Source: Neoconidiobolus thromboides FSU 785
Lineage: Eukaryota > Fungi > Entomophthoromycota
Direction: 5' to 3'
Assembly (NCBI GenBank): GCA_025603075.1
Contig: MU626333.1
Span: 29,239-93,238, forward strand
DNA: 64,000 nt
Shown here: piece after piece, positions 1 through 11,706 of the stretch
Layout: every line of letters starts with the position of its first letter
Position numbering within the stretch: position 1 is the stretch's first letter
Position numbers and translations under genes: made by a program
The notes under the pieces: generated by a model
Told to the model about the DNA's origin: nothing
Database searches by the model: none
The model's input: the letters and a program-made list of their open reading frames with translations, nothing else

Positions 1-454
1 CGCTTACATAATATTTAATTCTCTTAATTTTTAAATTTTTTGGCTCCCCTTTGTAGGTTTTTTTATCCAATGTAAGATTGCTAAACTATCACAGTCATTC
101 AATTTGTTAAATCACAAAATCAATCTACTTTTACTATAACTAGATGGAAATTAAATAGAAAACATGTGTGGATGTATTTTTTTGTAAGTGATAAAATTAA
201 AACACTCTCATATCATATGCTTTAATAGAAAAGTTTCTAGAAAAAATAAAACAAAAGTGTTTAAAAGTGAGATTAATAAGATTGATTTTTACAAATGTAT
301 GATGCACCCATGCTTTTTACCAATTGCCCCTTTTTACTATTTAAAAAAGCTAAAAATTAATTAACTAGCATACTATCCTAGCTTGGAAGTATGCTAGTTA
401 ACTGTTCCTTTTGGAATAAAAATTAAATTAATAATCCCCAAGTCAACATGATAC

Positions 455-552
455 GGGAATGTTTTTTTGATTTCATTACTTTTTCCATTTTTTAAGCACT
501 ACTTGAGTGGAAAGATTGTTAGTAAAATTCTTAAACAAAAAAATACATCCCC
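455..552 (+). mobile_element. ~97-bp MITE (family A), copy 1
   Basis: Terminal inverted repeats GGGAATGT...ACATCCCC; perfect 4-bp TSD ATAC/ATAC; internal sequence shared with ~20 other copies in the window. Confidence 0.9.
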
Positions 553-587
553 ATACAATAAATAGTTGGCTGTAAAGCTCATTATTT

Positions 588-686
588 GGAGATGTTTTTT
601 TTGGCTTCATTACTTTTTCCATCTTTTAAGCGCTATTTGCGTGGAAAATTTGTTAGTAAAATTCTTAAACACAAAAATACATCCCC
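588..686 (+). mobile_element. MITE family A copy
   Basis: GGAGATGT...ACATCCCC; TSD ATTT/ATTT. Confidence 0.9.
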
Positions 687-958
687 ATTTGTCAAAGCAC
701 ATTTAAACTTAAACAGCTCCATTAGTTAATTCCTAAATTTTAAAATAACAAAAAGTAATAAGTAAAAAACATTATTATATACCATTCATATAATTATTAA
801 ATTTTTGATTAAATTATTATTTTTTAAAATATAAACACATGGTAAGATAAAGTGTTTTTGATTTAAATTTAATAAAGTATTGCAAAATAATGAAACTTTT
901 GATATATAATTTTTTTTTAATCCTTTTTATAATTTATGATTTTTCTATAGCTTATAAA

Positions 959-1419
959 TGTGAAATCTGGTACTCAGTGACTAGAATCAAAAGCAGCTTT
1001 TCCTTGGTTGACTAGCTGTAAGTCGAAAGGTTCTAGTTTATGTGACCAAGATAGACTTAAACTATGAAAGATAGGATCTAATAGGCTACGGACTATGTAA
1101 GGCAAATAGAATAAACAATACTATTGTAAAACCTACATAAAATATTAAAAAGTTTAGTGAATTCGTTAGACGTACAAAATATCAAGGAATAATTCAATCA
1201 AAAAGCCTCAAATTATCGTGTTCTAAAATCTCTTTTATACTCTGAAAAGTATAGATATCAAAACGGCGAGATAATGTCTTTCGGAATCATATGACAGAAA
1301 TTCTCATAACAAATGAAAACAAGAGCTTGGGGTTGATTGTGCCTGAACTTGAGAACATAACAACTTAAATGATTGTTGTATTATGATCAATCGTAGGGCT
1401 GATAAAGCGATATTTCACA
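959..1419 (-). mobile_element. Solo LTR (~461 bp)
   Basis: Begins TGTGAAAT and ends ATTTCACA (TG...CA with 8-bp terminal inverted repeat); flanked by a 4-bp direct repeat TAAA/TAAA; homologous to 33023-33487 (opposite orientation) and 63666-64000. Strand inferred from TATA/AATAAA order in the 33 kb copy. Confidence 0.8.
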
Positions 1420-1433
1420 TAAATAATATATAT

Positions 1434-1526
1434 GGGAGTGTTTTTTTTAATATCATTATTTTTCCACTTTTAAGCGCCATTTGAGTGGAAAGATTGTTAG
1501 TAGAATTCTTAGACAAAATAACATAC
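1434..1526 (+). mobile_element. MITE family A copy (degenerate right end)
   Basis: Matches family consensus; ATAT on both sides. Confidence 0.75.
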
Positions 1527-1555
1527 ATATATAAAGTTTTTAAAATTAAATATAT

Positions 1556-1714
1556 GGGGATGTTTTTTTAAGCACTATTTAAGTGGAAAGATTGTTATCA
1601 AAATTTTTAAACAAATGGGGGTGTTTTTTTGTGTTTAAGAATTTTACTAACAATCTTTTCACTCGAATAGTGCTTAAAAAATGGAAAAATAATGAAATCA
1701 AAAAAAACATCGCC
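1556..1714. mobile_element. Internally deleted MITE A (1556-~1612, +) abutting a full MITE A (1617-1714, -)
   Basis: The minus copy runs GGGGGTGT...ACATCGCC with TSD AAAT/AAAT. Confidence 0.8.
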
Positions 1715-2245
1715 AAATATATCTCTATATATAAAGATAAATTTTAAAAAAAGTTAGGAAAATAGTGTTAAAAATGAATTTTATATTAAAACAATGAAAG
1801 ACAACCTTACAATGATTATTTTTTTTATTGTTCTTAATAAAATACTTGGAAATTTATCTTTTCGAAAAAAACTATTTATAAATATGAGTATATCAATAAA
1901 ACTTATGTAGATATGGGTACAGATTTTACAAGTGTTTCAGTTTTTTTTAAAGTAGACTAAAAGTGACTTTAAATTGTTAACAGTTTTATTTGAAATGCTA
2001 TGTCTCATGAGTTGATTCCACTTTAATATATTTTTATGTATTCAATGGAAAATAAAATAATAACGTTCCAATTTTATTTTATCTATTGAAAAAGAAAAAA
2101 AAAAGAAAAATTGCACTACAACAGAAAAGGGATATCTGATACTAATCAAATGATAAATTACGTCCATCAACTTTAGCTTTAGTAAATCCTAGTTATTAAC
2201 TTGAATACGAAAAACAGTTTAAATAAAAGATTATGTTATAAAACA

Positions 2246-3601
2246 TCAACCATCATTAAGTTCCAATAATTTCAACTTAACTTCATCCGATAAATTAAAA
2301 TCCAAATAATCTTCATTATTAGGATAAAGATTAAACACTTGTATCTTTGGACAATTAGAAACTATTAATTCAATAGCTTGTTCTATATTACCTTTACAAT
2401 CACTCAATGAAACGTTTGTTAAATTGGAACTTTTGAGTGGGCTATTTGATGCTAAATTATAATTCAAATTCTTTTCATTTATAAACACACATTTAGCTAG
2501 ACATAATATACTTAATATTGGATAACAAGTAATTAAATTTTCCAAAAATAAATTCGTTATAGAAACATTAGTAATCGTTAAACTAATTAAATTACTACAC
2601 TTCAACTCATGGTTATACGTTAAACTTAATTTAGGATCACAAAAGATATCTTCCGCTAATTCAAAGTTAGTTAAATTGGGCAAATTGAATATCAAATATA
2701 ATTTATAATCATTTAAATTTTGACAAAAGCTTATGGATAAGATTCTTAACTTTGGAAATGTAACTTTAGAGATTTCAATATATTGTAAATTTTGGGCAAA
2801 AAATCGAATTTTGGTGACTTGAGAGGTACCTTTCACTGTCATATCTCCATTGTTATATAAATATAACTCCTTTAATTGAGGGAGATTATTTAAGTTTAAT
2901 ATATACTCTTCATTACAATAAGATTGATTGGCGATATTTAAACTTACTAATAAATTAAAGGGTTTATCGAGGAGCTTCTTTAAATCATACTCAATTAAAT
3001 CAAAATAAATACTCAATCTTTTTAAATTTGTTCTATTTTTCAATATTTTTTCTATGATCGGGTTGTGATAGCCTATATATGAAATTAAACAAAACTCATT
3101 GATAGTCGTTGGAAGGGTTGTTATTATTTCATCAAATAAATAATCATCAATATCTTCAGCTCGAAAATAAGTTATATTCTTAAATAGCTCCTTAAAACAT
3201 ATGTTGTTTTTATTCGTATAATCTTCAAGTGGTAAATTATTAATACTCTTTTTATAATCCATCATAGTAACGTTAAATTCTTTATACTCTTTTATATTAA
3301 TTAAATACTCATCTAATGTAAAATGAATTGTTTTAACGTTGGTTAGATACTCTTTGTACTCCAAATACATTGCATCCTTTACGTACAGTCTCTTAATAAA
3401 TGGTCCATACTTTTTTAATATTTTTAACATAATTTTATTATCTTCATCTGAGGTAAAATTGAGATCAAAACTCTCTATTAGCAATGGTAATATCACAGAA
3501 TGCCATCCTTTATTTACAGCAGCTAATCGAAACCTATAACTTTTGTCAAGATGAGATAAGATCTCTTTCAATATTAAATCAGGAAGTAAATTTAATTGCA
3601 T
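2246..3601 (-). CDS. F-box / LRR-like (RNI-like) protein, 451 aa
   Basis: N-terminal F-box LNLLPDLILKEILSHLDKSYRFRLAAVNKGW followed by degenerate LxxLxL leucine-rich repeats (LPQLKELYL, FPKLRILSI, LPNLTNFEL); intronless. Confidence 0.85.
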   Translation of the reverse strand: MQLNLLPDLILKEILSHLDKSYRFRLAAVNKGWHSVILPLLIESFDLNFTSDEDNKIMLKILKKYGPFIKRLYVKDAMYLEYKEYLTNVKTIHFTLDEYLINIKEYKEFNVTMMDYKKSINNLPLEDYTNKNNICFKELFKNITYFRAEDIDDYLFDEIITTLPTTINEFCLISYIGYHNPIIEKILKNRTNLKRLSIYFDLIEYDLKKLLDKPFNLLVSLNIANQSYCNEEYILNLNNLPQLKELYLYNNGDMTVKGTSQVTKIRFFAQNLQYIEISKVTFPKLRILSISFCQNLNDYKLYLIFNLPNLTNFELAEDIFCDPKLSLTYNHELKCSNLISLTITNVSITNLFLENLITCYPILSILCLAKCVFINEKNLNYNLASNSPLKSSNLTNVSLSDCKGNIEQAIELIVSNCPKIQVFNLYPNNEDYLDFNLSDEVKLKLLELNDG

Positions 3602-5650
3602 TTTGATTAAAAAAAAGTCGACTTTGGGTCTAGATTGGTTCTTTAATCTTCTTTTGAAACTCCGAATTTATTTACTGAAGTGTTATTGGTTCGATTTTTT
3701 CATATTGCATCACCTAAAATTAAATCATATTTTTTATAAAGAGAGCAAGTTGAATTGAAGGATTTGTGATTATTATTAAGTGAATGATAATCAAAGCTAA
3801 TCCAATTATCATTCTTTAGTCGCCTTCTATTTCTTTATAAAGAGTTTAATTTTAAAAGCTATTTTATAGCCATATGGTGGTAAAAACAGTGTAATAATTA
3901 TAAAATTAGAGTTGAAATTTTAAATTTTAATAGTAACAAAAGTTATTTAGTTGATGTTACTTCTTTAGCATATTTATGCTACTTATGATATCTTTGATAG
4001 TAAGAATTGTTTTATCAAGGAGTAATATAGAGTTATTATATTGGTAATAGTTCTATTAATAACTCCTAACATCAAGGACTTTGAAAGTAATATCATATTC
4101 AAAGCAAACCACTAATTTTTATATAATATTTACAATGTTATAATAATTAATTTAATAATTCAATAATTCAATAATTCAATAATAATTTTGATAGTTATAT
4201 GACAAAATTTCCTTATTATAATATCTTTTATAGCTTTTATTTGCTTTTGTTTAGATTAATTATCTATATAAAAAGCTTATTTTGTTCTGTTTTATTTTTT
4301 ATAAAATTTTAACTAAAAATTTATATAAACAAATATCTTACTAAATTTATTAAAAATACTAATATACTATATAGAATATTTCTATACACTTCTAATAAAG
4401 GATTTGATTAATAATAAGCACAAAAAAATTAATAGTGTTTATTTCAATTATTAAAGTTGTACCAACATGAAATAATAAAAAAGAATACCTTTGGAATTCA
4501 ACTTATAAAAAAATAGATTAAATTAATTATGATTATTCAAATAATTTTATAATCAATCTATATATTATGATCCTTAGTTTATTCTATTGCAACAGAAATA
4601 TAGATACTAAAATACTTTTTTTTATTAAAAAATACTAGTTTATTTTAAGAAGATTTCATTTATTAAAAAAATTATTATTTCTATCAAATATACTTTTTAA
4701 CCAATAACTCAATATTATTCATTCTATTGAAATAACTAAATACCCTATTTAGAACCGTATTTTAAAGATATCATCACTTTATTTTATATATCATTACTAT
4801 CATCTTAGCAATCTTTCACTTTAAAATCCAGGTTCTATTTTTAAAGGAATTATTATCTCTTTTTATTTACAATTGATTATTATTTTCTAAACTCAACTGT
4901 TATTCCAAAAATTTCAATGATTCAACTAACTAAAATAAAATAAGAATCCCTTTCATCCCTTAAATTTCAACTTATTAAAAATAGTAAAACTAGCAATTTA
5001 TCGCTATTTTAATTCGACAGAACTTCTATATATTAAATGTTGATATGTTATCAATAGGTCTAATTTGAATGGATTCTATTCTATGACATTAAATATTGAT
5101 ATTAAATTAAATAATATCTTTAGGATATCCATTGTTGAAGGAAAAGTATATTTATCTCCATAATATTAAGTAATAATAATATATTAAAATCAAGATTTTT
5201 ATTGTTATTATTCTTGATAAGAAAAATAAAATTTTAACATTCGAGTTTTTATTATTGAATAGCCTCCTTTACTACTCTTGGTAACTAGGAATGTGATTAT
5301 AGTTTTAAAATTAACTAAATTAAAATAATATCTCAAAAGGTGGCGTTATTATGCATTATTTTAATAGGTATACTTACTATATTAAATACTCTATTTTATT
5401 TTTAGAATTTAATTTATTCTATTTGGTTTGGTTTGATATTTTACTATACAAAATATAATAAAAACAAATGTATTTTTAGAATATTTAATATACCACAGAT
5501 TCTGGGGTAATTCTTAGTTGAAAATAAAAGAAAGATAATGCTACATATACCGAGTTTACAAACTAGTATAAAAATAGCATCAACATACTACAATTTTATC
5601 ACAAAATAAAAACAAAAAGAAAGATATATTGTATAATCAAATCCAAAAAA

Positions 5651-6775
5651 ATGCAACTCTTATCATTGGTTCAAGTAATTTTATCTGTAGCTACCATTCA
5701 AGCACTTGACCTTAACGCTGATCTTCTTAATAATCAAAACTATTATGATTACCCCAACCCTCCTTATGGTCGTCCTATAAAAACGGTTACTGCTACATTG
5801 ACAAAGACTGAAACTGAAACATGTACCACTACCGTGACTAAGCAACCGATTATCAGCACAGTTTATAAACCAACTACAGTAATTCAAACTACTACAATTA
5901 GTAATAAACCAGTGACTTCTACTGTTCGTACCTCTATTTATATTACAAAATATAAAACTTCTTTTGTTCCTACCACCACCACTTGTTATGAAACATTAAC
6001 AAAAACAACCACTGTATCAAATAAGCCAACTTCTTGTTATCCAAATACCATTACTAAGACCAATGTCATTACATCTTATGTACCAACTACTTCTTATGCT
6101 ACACAAACCAGTACCTTAACTTCCATCCATTACTCTACCATTACCAATACTGCTACTTCAACTATTGTTCAAACTTCCGTTATTCCAACCACTATTACTT
6201 ATGTCTCCACTATCCAAGTACCCACCACAATTACTCAAACTTCTACTCTTAATGTACCCACTACTATTTTATTAACTAAAACCATCACTTCTACTGTACA
6301 AAATACAAATACTGTCTACCCAACTAGTACAGTGACTATTACTAGTACTAAAAATGAATATCAAACTATTACCAATACTCAAACACAAGTAATTACTAAG
6401 ACTGAAAGTACTTGCAATACATCGAATACCAGCTCATCAGTAAGTTCTACTCAATCAACTACTTCAACTTATGGTACTACTACTCCAATCACTACCAAGC
6501 CTTCCACCACTACTTCAAGTGTAAACTCTACTACTTCTACTTCCTCCACTCCAGCTACTACTAAGCCTTCTACTTCTACTACGCCTACTTATCCTACATA
6601 TGATACTAAACCTGTACCATCATCTTCTAGTAGTAGTAAGACTACCCCTACATATACTAAGCCAACACCAACCTATACTAAGCCAACTCCTACATATACT
6701 AAGCCAACTCCTACATATACTAAGCCAACACCAACCTATAGTAAACCTAGTCATGGGTATCCAACTTATTATTAA
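5651..6775 (+). CDS. Secreted Thr/Ser-rich mucin/adhesin-like protein with C-terminal KPTPTYT repeats, 374 aa
   Basis: Signal peptide MQLLSLVQVILSVATIQA; long Thr-rich low-complexity body; tandem (K)PTPTYT(K) repeats; no hydrophobic GPI tail (ends GYPTYY). Confidence 0.85.
   Translation: MQLLSLVQVILSVATIQALDLNADLLNNQNYYDYPNPPYGRPIKTVTATLTKTETETCTTTVTKQPIISTVYKPTTVIQTTTISNKPVTSTVRTSIYITKYKTSFVPTTTTCYETLTKTTTVSNKPTSCYPNTITKTNVITSYVPTTSYATQTSTLTSIHYSTITNTATSTIVQTSVIPTTITYVSTIQVPTTITQTSTLNVPTTILLTKTITSTVQNTNTVYPTSTVTITSTKNEYQTITNTQTQVITKTESTCNTSNTSSSVSSTQSTTSTYGTTTPITTKPSTTTSSVNSTTSTSSTPATTKPSTSTTPTYPTYDTKPVPSSSSSSKTTPTYTKPTPTYTKPTPTYTKPTPTYTKPTPTYSKPSHGYPTYY
6644..6747 (+). repeat. 21-bp coding minisatellite (~5 units, KPTPTYT)
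   Basis: aagccaactcctacatatact / aagccaacaccaacctatact units in tandem. Confidence 0.85.
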
Positions 6776-8058
6776 ATAAGCAATCAATAAATAAAATATT
6801 TGAATTTTTAACATATGGAATTATCAACTTTTAAATATTATTTATTTTAATACTTTTTTAAAAAAAAATTATAAGTAGTAGAATTATATATTAGTTAGAA
6901 CGAACAATAATAATAGTTAAGATGTATAAAGTATCTATTAATATTAAGAGATTTATCCGTCAATGGAATATCCTGATATGATATGTAAGTGATGAGTTTG
7001 TTTATTCCCTTTCTATAAAAAAGTAGATATCAAAAAAATAATGGTTGAAATTTACTTTTTTAAAATTATTATTATTGGATGAATAATATCGAGAAATTGA
7101 TAATAATTGATTAGAAGATATATATATATTAGATTTAATTTACTTGAAATACACAACTATTGTTGCTATAGTCAAGTGGTGATATTTGTATTTATTCTCT
7201 TTGATTGCTATATCAAAATTTACTATTTTTTTTAACTCTCTTTTAATATTAGCTCATTATCAGTGTTTTCAAAAATCTTTATTCAAGTAAAAAAGTAACA
7301 AAAAGGTTGCAATAATTACTGCATCAGTTTTAGAAATTAATACCAAACTTACTATTGTTTTTAGATAGTAATAACGTTACCTGTTGCATCCAACAATGTT
7401 TTATTAACTATAGATATGAAATTGTTTAGCATGAAAACGGATTTAATACAAAAATTGATATTCTAGAAAATTCAATTTCTCTTATAACTACTAAAACTCT
7501 ATTGTGGCTTGTATAACTATTGATTTAAAAATAAAATCAAGGTAGAATCTTAAGATTTAGGTTTAAAAAAACTAAATAAATAATTAGCACTAAAAATTAG
7601 CACAACTTAAATCACAATACAGTTACAGTAGTTGTAATATTTGTTTGGGATTTCAAAATCGAATTTTAGAACAATTAATTAGAAGATTAAAGAATATGGG
7701 AACTGTGTGATAAGGATAATAGCTTTATTTGATAGAATAAAGTCAACATAAATTATAACAATGAATCTACATAAAAACGAATTATTTGAAATGAAACTAA
7801 TACAATACCATAACTAATATTTAAAAAAGTGACTATAAATTGAACCCCTTAATCAAAAATCAGTTTGATATTAAAACTACTCTACTTACTAAATAAGTCT
7901 ATAAATGACTTGAATTCCCATTAAAGAACTCATTTCAAAGTGTAACTGAAATCAAGTTTAAGCTTAATTTTGAATTTCTAAACCAATAAAGTAAGCCCCT
8001 CAATTAGATAAATTGTACTAAACTAAAAGCTTTTCTTTTTGTATTTATTTTTTTAACA

Positions 8059-9672
8059 ATGAATCCATCTAATATTAAAGAAGGACCACTAAGCAATAAA
8101 CGACGATTAGATATTAATAACAAATTAAAGGAAAATGTAGCGGAAAATAACAATCCAGATATGATAATGATTAAAAAGAGTAAATATGAGCTAATTACTA
8201 ATACTTCTTCTTCTTCTTCTTCTTTTCAAGCTTCAAGCCCATTCAATAATCTACCTGATCCAGTATGGGATCGATTAATACAATATCTTCCCTTTAATAC
8301 AATGGTACAAGCAAGTCAAGTAAGTAAAAATTGGCGTCATCAAATCAATCCTTATTTATGGAAAAAACCAAGCTATCAATGGTATTTAAAGATTATCAAA
8401 GAGAATTCATTTATTAAAAATATTACGCATTATCAATCTAATATAAGAAATATTGATTGTATTAATATTGAACCAAGGTTATTGTCTAAAGCAGTGGGAT
8501 TATGTCATAATTTAGAAGCATTAGCATTGAATTGTTCTATGCCTATAGTTTGGAAGGATCAAGAGTTAGTTGAGGTTTTAAGTCATCAACATTTAAGATA
8601 TAAATTAAAACATTTAGCTATTTTTAATTTAAATTTAGAGTTTTCAAAATGGAAAGAATTAAGTGAAATAATTTGTTTTATGAGGAATTTAATATTTTTA
8701 ACATTACCGCCTAATTTCCCTTATAATACAGCATTTAAGAATTTACCAACATCGTTAAAGTTTTTAAATTGTTCATTAGATAATGAAAGTTATTTAAACT
8801 TATTAAGTTTAGACTTGAATAATTTTATTGGACTAACAATGAATTTTAATATATATTTAAATATATCTTTAGAAAATTTGTTATTAAAATTGAAAAAGTT
8901 AACTACTTTATCTTTAGAAGGAAACGGATATATCTCGAAACTAAATCATTTGATTAATCCCAAATTATTAACAGGATTGAAAATTAACATTAATACCAAT
9001 AAAGAGGATTTATTAATTCTATTAAGAAAATGTAGGAATTTAGTTCATGTAGAATTTTGTAATATATGTTGTGATGATCGAACTATTAAACTATTGTTAC
9101 GACATAATTTTAATTTAAAAGTGTTAAAAGTAATCAACACTTCTATAACTACATCAGGAATTGCAAGTATTTTTAAAAGTAAAGCTAAAATTCAACAACT
9201 AGAACTTCAATGTCATCATGAAAATTGCGGACCTTATAATTTAGAATTAGATAAATGTGAATTCTTATATCAATTAAAAGAATTAAATATAAATTTAACT
9301 TTGTATTTATCAATTAAAATATTGAAAGCATTGAAATTTATGAAATCCTTAGTTAATTTTCAATTCTTACTTTCTTTCAATCAATTAGGCAATATTGATT
9401 GTCATTCTATCTTTACTCCTTCTTTACCTTATCTTGCTTTCTTCCCAATTACTATTCAATTAGATTATTTGATGAATAATTGGCCAACTTATTTTAAATT
9501 TCAATGTTATACATTAACTAAATTTCATATTCAATTAAAAGGAAATGAATTATTTATGAAACTATATAAAAAAAGAATGATCGAATTGTTTAAGTTAGCA
9601 TTAAAAGTTTCACCTTGTATATTGAAACCCATGTTATTATATCAAGAGGAAATAGTTTATCCAGAGTTTTAA
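8059..9672 (+). CDS. F-box / LRR (RNI-like) protein, 537 aa
   Basis: F-box FNNLPDPVWDRLIQYLPFNTMVQASQVSKNW; LRR-like units (CHNLEALAL, CRNLVHVEF...ICCDDRTI, NFNLKVLKV...ITTSGI). Confidence 0.85.
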   Translation: MNPSNIKEGPLSNKRRLDINNKLKENVAENNNPDMIMIKKSKYELITNTSSSSSSFQASSPFNNLPDPVWDRLIQYLPFNTMVQASQVSKNWRHQINPYLWKKPSYQWYLKIIKENSFIKNITHYQSNIRNIDCINIEPRLLSKAVGLCHNLEALALNCSMPIVWKDQELVEVLSHQHLRYKLKHLAIFNLNLEFSKWKELSEIICFMRNLIFLTLPPNFPYNTAFKNLPTSLKFLNCSLDNESYLNLLSLDLNNFIGLTMNFNIYLNISLENLLLKLKKLTTLSLEGNGYISKLNHLINPKLLTGLKININTNKEDLLILLRKCRNLVHVEFCNICCDDRTIKLLLRHNFNLKVLKVINTSITTSGIASIFKSKAKIQQLELQCHHENCGPYNLELDKCEFLYQLKELNINLTLYLSIKILKALKFMKSLVNFQFLLSFNQLGNIDCHSIFTPSLPYLAFFPITIQLDYLMNNWPTYFKFQCYTLTKFHIQLKGNELFMKLYKKRMIELFKLALKVSPCILKPMLLYQEEIVYPEF

Positions 9673-10343
9673 AAATAGCTGAAGAAGTTTATTAAAAAGA
9701 GTTTATCAGGGTTGTATTGTTTTCAATTATTAAAAGATGTAATTTATTTGGAATTGAATGCATTTAGAAAGGATACTGAATCTGGTATTTTATGTTATAG
9801 TTGTTAGCTGAATTATTTTATTTTAATAAAATAATATATTTTAGAGTTAATAATATATTACATTCTATGTTTCTTATATTATTATGAACTTAAAGTTAAT
9901 TTTTTTATTGTTTTTTTTTAATTAACTTCACTTTTTGATTGTTAAAATGTATATTTAAAAACTAAGAAGGAATATAGACAAGGTTGAAATTGTATAATTA
10001 ACGCAAATACTCTTTATTTAAGTTATTTGTATCCTGATAATAATAAAGAATAGATTAGATTAATATCATAAATAATACTTACTTTATAAAATTGATATTA
10101 GTAATTGAATATTATTTTTAAACTAAATATATATATTAATACTTATAAAAAATACAGAATTAAGGCTCATTTTAGTTAAATAAAAAATCAGTCTTAACTT
10201 ATCTTAACTTCATTTCATCAATATTGTGCATCTACTCCCTTAATTTTTAAATCAAATCAATATCAATTTATTTTTATTTTTATATGATATAGATATATAT
10301 ACATAAATAAACTTCAATTATCTTCAGATACAACCCTCTCTTT

Positions 10344-10909
10344 TTACAACCTTTCTTCTTCAATCTTTTCCAATACACCAGCCACTTGTTCCATTTCTCT
10401 TTCAATAACTTTAGACCAATGTTGTACATCTCCTAATTCCTATTATTATTATTAAATAAAAACATTCCAAATCTAAAGCTTGTTCTTATAAATATAGAAA
10501 ATAATTCAATTACCTTTAAAGCGTCATTAAATTGATTAATCATCGTTGACCATTGGGAAGCTTGTTTTTGTAATAAATTAGCTTGTTGTAAAACTTGAGT
10601 TATTTCTTTATAATCTAAATTTTTTTGTTTTTTTAATATATCAGATACTCTAAAAATAATAATTAATTAACATTTAACATTTTATAAAAAACTCATTTAG
10701 CTTCATTGTTATTACCTTTCATTTAATTTCTCGGATAAATGTTCACTACTTTCTTTAATAGCTAATTTAGCGTCTTTACGAAGTTGAGCTAATAAAGAGA
10801 GGTCAAGGGAAAGTGAAGGGAATTGATAAGAATTACCGTTAGTTAATTTAAGCTTAGATTGACGAAGTTGATGTTCTTTCAATAATTGAGATAACGTTTC
10901 TTCACCCAT
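10344..10909 (-). CDS. BLOC1S1: BLOC-1 complex subunit 1 (GCN5L1 family), 4 exons
   Basis: Manual splicing gives MGEETLSQLLKEHQLRQ...QASQWSTMINQFNDALK|ELGDVQHWSKVIEREMEQVAGVLEKIEEERL*, matching the GCN5L1 signature (LLKEHQ...W...FN.ALKE.GDV.NW...IE); GT-AG introns. Confidence 0.9.
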
Positions 10910-11088
10910 TATTAATATTAATAATTTAAAAAAATAGTCAAAAAAAATCCCGTTTAAGTTGAATTCATCATCAATTTTAACCAATCCAATCGAGGTATTT
11001 ATGAGTTTGAAAATTAATAAATATTTAATGTAAATAATTCTGTATACTTTTTGAATATTTGTATAGAATAAAAATCAAGTTTGAATAA

Positions 11089-11706
11089 ATGGGCAAGAAA
11101 GAGAAGTTGAAAAAAGGAAAAAAAGCAATTGAAAATAAAGAGATTTTATTAAGAATGAACTTTTTATATCAAGCTAGTAATTTAATGAGTAATATTGATA
11201 TTAAATATCCCCAAAAAGAGGATTCAAAGGGATCAGAAGATAAATCAACTGGATTAGAAGGAAGAAAATTAACTGGTCTATCTAGAGCATATTTAAGTAA
11301 TTTAAAATCAATATCTAAAAAGCTGGTTATTAAAATGTAAGCTTCGATTAATATATAATTAATAAATAAAAAAATGGTCTAAATTTTGACATTTGAATTT
11401 TAGGGATCCAGCCATTAAACGAAACATTTGTAAACGATGTAACAGTAATTTAATTCTTGGTAAAACATGTAGTATTAAAGCAATAGGTAATTCAATTTAT
11501 CATCTAGTTTCATAGTTCTTTTCTTTTTATTTGAAATAATGATTTGTTTATTTTGATTAATAATAGAACCTAATGACAAAGAAGGGGAAAAAAAGAAACA
11601 TATAAAATTGGAATATACTTGTCAATTTTGTTATTATAAGAAAAGTTATTTACAAAATCCAGAATATCAACTATTTAGTGATAAAAAGGAAAACATATTG
11701 GAATAA
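11089..11706 (+). CDS. RPR2: RNase P/MRP subunit Rpr2/Rpp21/SNM1, 3 exons (11089-11336, 11404-11486, 11567-11706)
   Basis: RMNFLYQAS...LSRAY...KLVIKMDPAIKRNICKRC...YTCQFC zinc-ribbon motifs; intron phases join in frame. Confidence 0.88.

Noticed and set aside
3339-3539. Small antisense or overlapping ORFs (3339, 5681, 6620, 14339, 34406, 36584, 38113, 44235, 44873, 47893, 49070, 59193 etc.)
   Set aside because: Shadows of real genes on the other strand or frame, or low-complexity AT-rich frames.
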